Assembly: GCF_900232105.1 (NCBI RefSeq) | Contig: NZ_LT934425.1 | Span: 780,001-812,000, forward strand | DNA: 32,000 bases | Reading direction: 5' to 3' | Source: Candidatus Kuenenia stuttgartensis | Lineage (GTDB): Bacteria; Planctomycetota; Brocadiia; Brocadiales; Brocadiaceae | In this document: piece after piece, positions 26,101-32,000 of the stretch | How the letters are laid out: each line of letters opens with the position of its first letter | Numbering within the stretch: the stretch's first letter is position 1 | Notes under the pieces: generated by a model | Told to the model about the DNA's origin: nothing | Databases searched by the model: none | What the model saw: the letters and a program-made list of their open reading frames with translations, nothing else | Position numbers and translations under genes: made by a program

Positions 26101-27070
26101 CAGAGTAAGAAAGAACCCTGTGAAAAAGTTCCAAGGCCTGCGCATAATCACCAGACCGATAATAGTCCCATGCCCGCACGATATCCTCATTTTCCCTGCC
26201 ATTTCCGCCTTCGGCAGAAATCCCCATCCCTTCCATTGAATGAGGCGGATCGTCCATTCCGTCAAACGCACCATAATCGTCCTGCCCATAATGAGTTTTC
26301 CGTACAATCGATAACAGGTTCGACAGTCTTTCCTTCGTTACCGCGATATGAGGTGAATTTTCCAGAGCTTCCTGCGGCTCCGCACGATGATTGTTGATAA
26401 TAGTCGCCTGGGGATATCCGTTTTTCCGCAGCATATCAATATCTCCATGCAAATCCGACCGTTTCCCTGCCCCGCCTGCAAGAAGAAGGTAATAGTGACC
26501 ATCTTCCTTTATCCGCATGCGAAGACCGGTGGCATGGGAAATGTGTTTCGCGCGTTTTTCCGCTTCTTCCCGATTGGTGATATAGGCAACCCGGATGGTA
26601 TAGAAAGCGGCGTAATCATCCGCTCTTTCCCGCTTATTCTTTACTACTGGTGGCCTGGCGTTTGTTTGGTCCGGCAATATTTCCATAATAACAGGAATCG
26701 CTCTGTATGGGTCATTCACCACGGACGCCTGTGGATATCCATTCGCCCTGATAATGCTTTCAGACTCCGACAGATCAGAACGTCTCTCCGCTTTCCCCGC
26801 AAGGATGACATAATAATTTTGAGCGGTTCTTTTTATACAAACTGGAAGAAATATGTGTTGCGACAACTTCTTCACGCGCTTCTTTGCTTCTTCCAGATCA
26901 GTGACATAAGCAACTTGAATGGTGTACAAACGGGACGCCGGCGTTTGCGCTGATGTATCGGGGTTATTGAAAGAAGCGTATCCATCCTGCAACCCCAAAG
27001 AATATGCAATGGTTCTCTGTACCGCAAAAAAGATACAGCATAAAACCAGAAAACAGATATTTACTTTCAT
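23126..27070 (-). CDS. Large exported protein with two N-terminal SPOR-like domains and a long TPR region, encoded in the BcsC position of a cellulose-synthase-like operon
   Basis: Start MKVNICFLVLCCIFFAVQRTIAYS (ATG 27070). SPOR-like repeats LYTIQVAYVTDLEEAKKRVKKL...YYVILAGKAERRSDLSESESIIRANGYPQASVVN and FYTIRVAYITNREEAEKRAKHI...YYLLLAGGAGKRSDLHGDIDMLRKNGYPQATIIN. Many degenerate TPRs follow, such as GDYAQALELFHRVLSYSETVLEAKLGKACCFV. Confidence 0.85.
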   Translation of the reverse strand: MKVNICFLVLCCIFFAVQRTIAYSLGLQDGYASFNNPDTSAQTPASRLYTIQVAYVTDLEEAKKRVKKLSQHIFLPVCIKRTAQNYYVILAGKAERRSDLSESESIIRANGYPQASVVNDPYRAIPVIMEILPDQTNARPPVVKNKRERADDYAAFYTIRVAYITNREEAEKRAKHISHATGLRMRIKEDGHYYLLLAGGAGKRSDLHGDIDMLRKNGYPQATIINNHRAEPQEALENSPHIAVTKERLSNLLSIVRKTHYGQDDYGAFDGMDDPPHSMEGMGISAEGGNGRENEDIVRAWDYYRSGDYAQALELFHRVLSYSETVLEAKLGKACCFVMQNDSTKAVPLLNELKEKNYALEKLADAFFRTGQFDEALELCDTMLFFDPSNREVLCLKLNMLVQTRQFREARMILAHMPKESDTLKMLQLRADLEFWLGNYGSAIVLYQDLISRWPENGDIWFGYFKALSSAQEWSLLSKAIKEGIDKIEMSDDRRDFLVEMYLSLEETEKALCLWRGMEVASERWRKTLFAIVNTLTANKKREAAVQVLKQALEMDGANSLIAGELSLQYASMDMPENGMEILRQFENTPETSSALNIAKAGLFSIVKNYETALSMLQAFEQNTGNDYKAQLIELECYYGLEDYEALIKKSASLLQKWGADESFPKSRVSALRILSQIKVGLHREAEREIGVLLETQKEKYTAAMLSVLLYAYKGVELLAALENADYGSAVFSISLFASSGQMEEHYQSIQALGASLAESSSWFDTMPQQFFEDELFFDASKVTALRMLHAWKIADELSGHNNADITEQLAMAEYRAGNFQEALEVYEQLYCMREDASYKLGMMECFMAMNNKKKAKEVCDEIQLSNLPRQEMPRYLENVVKCGIEREAFYRIIMELPEDLTKNTRVITAIAMANIHYGDYFLANNIVTEYLLNNQISLSLFQLIMDKAGDFDKGREGKHYQFAKNWLNDAVELYPENTGIQYQYARFLALHEEYEMAKKQFLAMWESNSRDTRAMIWMGKLNRQMHEFEESQKWYGLYLKTRPSDAIARREREFINHCALRKKQSDMVFAMVSQRMPGDYSGCWEWEAKRSEINETQESMFLQDAFTMNYRGKSHFFPYLEPVAFYGESGGGREGLRHEMPEQDAGAMGYSFDQTTGKWKQGTSIVFQGCNGAKGGSGNGDFLLPLSGRVNRYLAMDLPASMDHALSVEDKVMYFRKFGRATTDRLMATSHKDFKESLQNYVMGKIVPYQGEDKKGERFEIIRDGGINDIFDVSLRCDKEGMRKGFYALPPGELKNISAVLGRIFLSSLLGEG

Positions 27071-27072
27071 TT

Positions 27073-28107
27073 TCACTCTTCCGCCAGGAGGTACAGACAA
27101 TACGAATAATAATCTTTTTTATCATACACCAACCTTTCACTTGCTTCTTTGAACAATTTCTTGCTCAACGTTTTTTCACCCATCTTCTCCGCCGCCCTGG
27201 CAAATACGGCGTAAAAACCTGGCGGGGCATTTTGCAGTGAAATGCTGTCGTTTGCAACATCTACCCAAAGTGGAATAAAGCCCAGCTTATTATAAATATC
27301 CAGCATCTTCGCCAAACCTTCCGGAAACGGGGGATTTTCTTCCCACGAGAGATAGAGGAATACACGGATTGCCTCATAACCGAAATACGGTTTTCTTTCA
27401 TTACAAACAGCTATGTCCCTGCCCTCCAGCATTACCCAGTCTGCAGGCATTTTCAGCGACCCAAAACAAGATTTTGCAACGAGCAGCATGCTGTCTTTGT
27501 AAACCTTTTGCCAGAATGCTTCGGCGTCAACCTTTGCAAACGCACGATACGCTGAAAAAATAACATAGGAAGGGTTTACGATAAAACGATTATTCTCCCT
27601 TATAAATCCGTGATAACCGGGTAAAAGAAACTGGTGTCCGTTCCACTCCACCGCAAGATTCTCCCGCACACTTCTGATAATTTTCAAGGCGTTATTTTTA
27701 TAATTATTGTTGGGCCATTCTTCATCGGCTTTGATCAGTGCGTATGCGATGAGAATATCGCCGTCGGTGGCATTATTATAATCGACTACCCCCCAGACGC
27801 CGCTCGTTCTCTCTCCCCATTTCCACGCAAACAGATGATCGTTCCTTACCGCAATGTTATCCTGCGTCCACTGCCAAAGCTTATCAAACACGGCCTTATC
27901 ATTATACTTTACCGCCAGCAACATTCCGTATCCCTGCCCTTCGGAATGACTGATATGCCCATTGTAATAATCGACCACCCTGCCGTCCTGTCCGACAAAA
28001 TTCGACTTAAATGCTTCCCAAACAACCGGCTGCCGCCCGTATGTCATATTGCATATACCCAGCATAAAAAACACACCTATAATAATGCAACTTAATTTCT
28101 TATGCAC
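27073..28107 (-). CDS. bcsZ: GH8 endoglucanase, BcsZ-like
   Basis: WEAFKSNFVGQDGRVVDYYNGHISHSEGQGYGMLLAVKYND, WKWG...GVVDYNNATDGDILIAYALIKADEEW, PYFGYEAIRVFLYLSWEENPPFPEGL. It sits between bcsB-like and TPR genes. Confidence 0.88.
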   Translation of the reverse strand: MHKKLSCIIIGVFFMLGICNMTYGRQPVVWEAFKSNFVGQDGRVVDYYNGHISHSEGQGYGMLLAVKYNDKAVFDKLWQWTQDNIAVRNDHLFAWKWGERTSGVWGVVDYNNATDGDILIAYALIKADEEWPNNNYKNNALKIIRSVRENLAVEWNGHQFLLPGYHGFIRENNRFIVNPSYVIFSAYRAFAKVDAEAFWQKVYKDSMLLVAKSCFGSLKMPADWVMLEGRDIAVCNERKPYFGYEAIRVFLYLSWEENPPFPEGLAKMLDIYNKLGFIPLWVDVANDSISLQNAPPGFYAVFARAAEKMGEKTLSKKLFKEASERLVYDKKDYYSYCLYLLAEE

Positions 28108-30244
28108 TTTTCAACCTCCTCTTTCTAAAGCGATATAACAAATAGAAAACGGTTATTCCCAAAAACAGAAAAACAAAAACTAACAGATAAGCATAATACT
28201 TACTCATGGAATATATATACGCCTTTACCCGGGATATTTTACCGCCTTTACCGCTGAAATATTTTTTCCCTATATCAAAAGAATAGACCTTGTAATGAGG
28301 GGCGGAAGCAAGGTCAACCAATGTAAGATCGCCCTTGCACGCGCCTTCTACCGCAGGTTCTGTCAGCATCTTGCTAAAGGCATACAGCTCTTTCGGAGAA
28401 AACGCCGTGACCATCAATATCGTGCGTCCAACCCTGTAGGGGGATTTGAATTGCATTACGGCGCCTTTCGCCTTTCCAAAATCGCTTATTTGCCCACTGA
28501 AAGCAAGGGTTTTTTCATCCCGCCAGCTCTTCACCACCGGGTACGGGACGGAAGTATTTTTTGTAAGTTTCAAAGGGGCAAGTTCCTTTAAATCGTCCGG
28601 AATGCTTTCGGCGCTTCCCAAAATAATAATCTCACCGTCCCATGCGTCTGGTTTGCGAAAACCCATTTTAATTTCCAGGAGAGGAAATCCGTTTTTTTGA
28701 GTGATAGAACCAATGATGTTGAAGGCGGAAGCTATCACGCTGGACGTTGGCTGCGTCATAAAAAGAAACGTTTCGTGTCCGTCAGGCCAGCGGGTAAAAG
28801 GAAACCCGTTCAAAAAAAACAGCTCCAGCCTGGGCAATTCAACAAGATGCGGCATTGGCGGAAAAATAAATGTTGAATTATCGAATATGGTGAAGAAGAG
28901 ATTGTCTATGGGCTTCGGTTCACAATTGCTACTCATTGACGGGGCGAGCATCGGCGCAAAGGAAATAACGTTCGTTCCCGCCCGGAACAAATAGGTAGGG
29001 ATAGTGAGGTTGTATCCTGCCACAATAGCCCCCAATTCGTTATCAAGGCGAATAGCCCGTATATGTATTCCATTCAACAATACATTCAGAACGGAAAAAT
29101 TCCTCATGCCGGCGCCATATGCAAAGTGCAGGGAAAGATTTGCATATTGATTTTGCTTCACCAAAAAATCGGGCGGCAGGCGAAAGATGATTTCTTTCGG
29201 ATTAGGGGATAATCCTTTAAAAGTATACGTTTCAAGGTTAAGGGTTTTAAGGGTATATTTTTTATCGGGAACCAGCATGTGTTTGCCGCTGTACTGTGCA
29301 ACATCAGGGAGTTCAAACTTCACCGGCGTCATTTCGTCGGTGTCAGGAAAGGGAAAAGACATAATGGCGAACGTTTCCGCGGCCAGTTTCACCTGCTCGG
29401 TATGTTCTCCGGTAATTATAATTAAGGCGTGATGAGGGTCGCGTACGAATTTTTCCAGCGGAAGGTGTGTTATTTTCAAAAGGGCGCCGGCACCTTCATT
29501 GATTTCAACGCCCTTTTTTCTTAAAAAATCGTAGATAAAATCCTTTTTCCCCAAAAGGATATTGTCCACGTTGGGCTTGATATCTTTACTCACACTGAAA
29601 AATACCTGCCGGTAATCATATCGCAGCGCAATTCCGGAAGCCACGATGCCCGCATAATTGATCAACTCCTCGGAAGTAAGTCCCTCAGCAATGAAATTCA
29701 CCCTGCCGCGAGGAAAGATTTTCGGGTCAAATATAAATTCAGAAATCGCAGATAACCGCAAAGGAACCGGTTTTAAGCGGTATTCCACGCGTAAAATGGA
29801 TTCGTCAACCTTAATGGTTGTCCAGAGACCGGGAGCGCACGGGTCTTCACATTCATCGGTATAATGCTGCGTAACGGCAAAGCTGATGTTGTTGTAGCCG
29901 GTATCCAGTAAAATAGCAGGAATTGCCACCTTTACCTCCCCCTCAGGAACAATGGGGCTTAGCTTGATTTGCGCAATCGGATATCCATTCACTTTCACTA
30001 CCAGGGTAGACTTGTTTTCCAGCAGAGAAGATGAATTTACATATTGAAAACGCATGACTGCCTTTTCAATTTCCCATCGTTCAGGAACACTGACCGGGAT
30101 TGTGTATTCAGCGCTAATACATTTTAAATCGATGCTTTTAACAAGGGTATTGGTAAATTTATATAAGGGCACTTCTACTACTGCCGCATGCGCCAGATGT
30201 GCCAGGCAGAAGATGGTTGCTATACAGAGAAATAATTGTTTCAT
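28100..30244 (-). CDS. bcsB: Cellulose synthase regulatory subunit BcsB-like protein
   Basis: Signal peptide; TIPVSVPERWEIEKAVMRFQYVNSSSLLENKSTLVVKVNGYPIAQIKLSP; HYTDECEDPCAPGLWTTIKVDESILRVEY; C-terminal single TM YAYLLVFVFLFLGITVFYLLYRFRKRR. Confidence 0.88.
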   Translation of the reverse strand: MKQLFLCIATIFCLAHLAHAAVVEVPLYKFTNTLVKSIDLKCISAEYTIPVSVPERWEIEKAVMRFQYVNSSSLLENKSTLVVKVNGYPIAQIKLSPIVPEGEVKVAIPAILLDTGYNNISFAVTQHYTDECEDPCAPGLWTTIKVDESILRVEYRLKPVPLRLSAISEFIFDPKIFPRGRVNFIAEGLTSEELINYAGIVASGIALRYDYRQVFFSVSKDIKPNVDNILLGKKDFIYDFLRKKGVEINEGAGALLKITHLPLEKFVRDPHHALIIITGEHTEQVKLAAETFAIMSFPFPDTDEMTPVKFELPDVAQYSGKHMLVPDKKYTLKTLNLETYTFKGLSPNPKEIIFRLPPDFLVKQNQYANLSLHFAYGAGMRNFSVLNVLLNGIHIRAIRLDNELGAIVAGYNLTIPTYLFRAGTNVISFAPMLAPSMSSNCEPKPIDNLFFTIFDNSTFIFPPMPHLVELPRLELFFLNGFPFTRWPDGHETFLFMTQPTSSVIASAFNIIGSITQKNGFPLLEIKMGFRKPDAWDGEIIILGSAESIPDDLKELAPLKLTKNTSVPYPVVKSWRDEKTLAFSGQISDFGKAKGAVMQFKSPYRVGRTILMVTAFSPKELYAFSKMLTEPAVEGACKGDLTLVDLASAPHYKVYSFDIGKKYFSGKGGKISRVKAYIYSMSKYYAYLLVFVFLFLGITVFYLLYRFRKRRLKSA

Positions 30245-32000
30245 TTTGTATGCAATCCCTCAAGCTTCATCTTTTTCAGCCACAATGACTGCATTTTCCC
30301 ATATATTACAAAAAAACTTTTTTTCAGTACGCTATACAATAATTTCGACGAAAGTGTAACGCAGTCCCTGCTCCCCTTTATACCCATACGCACAATAAAA
30401 TAGAAGATCCCCCACGGACTTACACGCTTAAACCGCTTCTGCAAAAAATCTTCCCATCTTTGACTGTCGCCATACACATATTTAATCAAACGCAATTGCG
30501 CCGCTTTTCCTTTTGCAACAAAATCACATCCGCAGAAAACATACTCTTTCTTTTTTATCTTACGGAATATTCTTGCATCAAATGCATATTTTTCCCCATA
30601 AATATCTCTGACGTTTAATACAACATCCTCTTCCGGTTTTATAGGAAACGGCGTTTTCAACTGCACCCCCATCCCTGAATACGAGATATCCTTTATTTCA
30701 CCCTGCACAATATACTTCATGCGCGGAAAATACACATTGACCTCGCCCCGCGCCCACATGCGATGATGACGGCGTATCTGCCTTCTCTCTACAAACGCAC
30801 CCAGCGACGCCACAGCGATAAAAAGATTAAACATCGTCCATGACAGGGTAATAAGGATAATATCCCGGTATAATGGGAATTGTATCCACTTTACTATCCC
30901 CACAGGAACACACACGGCAATTACCAGTACCATGAGAAGGAATGGAATTGCCTGCCTGGTGAGAACCGTTTCGTCCAGACTCTGTCCTTTCGGGGTAACC
31001 TTAAAGGTGGGATGCCGTGGATTTCTGATAACGGAAAATATCACGGGTATAAGGAATATAGACAGCACGCTTTCATATATTTCCGAAAAAAACGGCCATC
31101 TGAATTTGCCGTGGAGAAAGTCCGTCACAACAATACACCCAATAACGTGGGGCAATGCATATGCCACTATCTCTGCAAAAGATGCATGGTATACCTTCAA
31201 TCCGAATAATAAAAATGCCGCAGGGACAATATAAAAAATAAACCTCGAAAACCCAAAAAACCAGAATAGGGAAGCGCTCATATAACAGAGACGCTGATAC
31301 CATTTCATTCCTTTTGCGAATAAGGGATTCTTCAGTATGAAAATTTGTATCATACCCTGCGCCCAGCGGCTCCTTTGTACAAGCATATCATCAAAGTTCT
31401 CAGGCGACAATCCGCATACCATTGGCCTGTCGATATACACGCTATTATAGCCCTTGCTATGTAAAGCAACGGTTGTTTCCGCGTCTTCAGTTATCGTTTC
31501 GCCGGCAATTCCCCCAACCTCCATTAAATATTTTCTACGCAAAAGGGCGGCGGAACCGCAGAAATACGAAGCATTCCAGGAATCAAGGCCATGATGGATA
31601 CCGTGATAAAACATCTCATTCTCGCCGGGGGCTTCGCCAAATATCGCAAGATTTTTTTCAAACGGGTCAGGATTTATGAAAAAATGAGGTGTTTGCACAA
31701 GAAAAAGCATTTCATCTTTCAGAAACCATCCTGCCGTATTCCGTAAAATATCCCTTGTGGGTACATGGTCGCAATCCAATATGAGTACAAGCTCAGCGCT
31801 TGTGTGCTGCAGGGCATGGTTCAGATTCCCCGCCTTGGCATGCACATTTTGCTGCCGCGTAATATAACTGATACCCAGTTCCTTCGCCATCCTCTTCAGG
31901 GAATAATGCCTTTTCCACGCATCCATTCCCTTTTCGGGATGATTCCTTTTGGCGACAGTGCCGCCGTCATCCAGTATATAAACATTAAACTTGTCCTTTG
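30241..32000 (-). CDS. bcsA: Cellulose synthase catalytic subunit BcsA-like GT2 with C-terminal PilZ domain (5' end beyond the window)
   Basis: The frame stays open past the track start at 31926 (KDKFNVYILDDGGTVAKRNHPEKGMDAWKRH). Motifs DDG, DCDHVPTRD, TEDAETTVALHSKG, QRSRWAQGM, multiple TM helices, PilZ-type RRHHRMWARGEV...IKDISYSGMGVQL. Confidence 0.93.
   Translation of the reverse strand, partial: KDKFNVYILDDGGTVAKRNHPEKGMDAWKRHYSLKRMAKELGISYITRQQNVHAKAGNLNHALQHTSAELVLILDCDHVPTRDILRNTAGWFLKDEMLFLVQTPHFFINPDPFEKNLAIFGEAPGENEMFYHGIHHGLDSWNASYFCGSAALLRRKYLMEVGGIAGETITEDAETTVALHSKGYNSVYIDRPMVCGLSPENFDDMLVQRSRWAQGMIQIFILKNPLFAKGMKWYQRLCYMSASLFWFFGFSRFIFYIVPAAFLLFGLKVYHASFAEIVAYALPHVIGCIVVTDFLHGKFRWPFFSEIYESVLSIFLIPVIFSVIRNPRHPTFKVTPKGQSLDETVLTRQAIPFLLMVLVIAVCVPVGIVKWIQFPLYRDIILITLSWTMFNLFIAVASLGAFVERRQIRRHHRMWARGEVNVYFPRMKYIVQGEIKDISYSGMGVQLKTPFPIKPEEDVVLNVRDIYGEKYAFDARIFRKIKKKEYVFCGCDFVAKGKAAQLRLIKYVYGDSQRWEDFLQKRFKRVSPWGIFYFIVRMGIKGSRDCVTLSSKLLYSVLKKSFFVIYGKMQSLWLKKMKLEGLHTK

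Noticed and set aside
26387-26953. 188-aa plus-strand ORF opposite the SPOR domains
   Set aside because: Antisense to clear duplicated SPOR-like domains; no signature of its own.
1-32000. tRNA, rRNA, CRISPR, prophage, restriction, toxin-antitoxin or transposase genes
   Set aside because: None could be identified by motif or composition on reading both strands; the repeats found are not accompanied by a recognisable transposase in the window.

Overview
The window is an ordinary, gene-dense bacterial chromosome segment. The product mix (full-length NifU/NifS, a Minf_1886-type protein, long TPR and SPOR proteins) resembles planctomycetes, possibly an anammox-type organism; that is an inference, not a database result. 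From left to right: a phosphate locus on the minus strand (pstC N-terminus, pstS, OprO/P-like porin) with a well-formed candidate Pho box and -10; nifU-nifS; an HtrA protease; a PLD-like secreted protein with degenerate catalytic residues; a 16-unit TPR protein; tilS; a DUF192 protein; an FGE-like protein; a Minf_1886-type protein; hisC and hisD with a consensus promoter and a terminator-like leader hairpin; a uridine phosphorylase-like gene; era; a DUF2851 protein; a lysophospholipid acyltransferase-like gene; an unlisted 53-aa Cys-rich ORF; and a tight bcsA-bcsB-bcsZ-like operon. In that operon the usual BcsC position holds a 1.3-kaa double-SPOR/TPR protein with no recognisable beta-barrel. 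Intergenic regions carry several inverted or dispersed repeats, including a ~197-bp MITE-like element with 27-nt terminal inverted repeats that starts on the stop codon of the upstream gene. I saw no CRISPR array, tRNA, rRNA, transposase or recognised defence system. The most interesting candidates are the modified cellulose/exopolysaccharide secretion operon and the repeat family.
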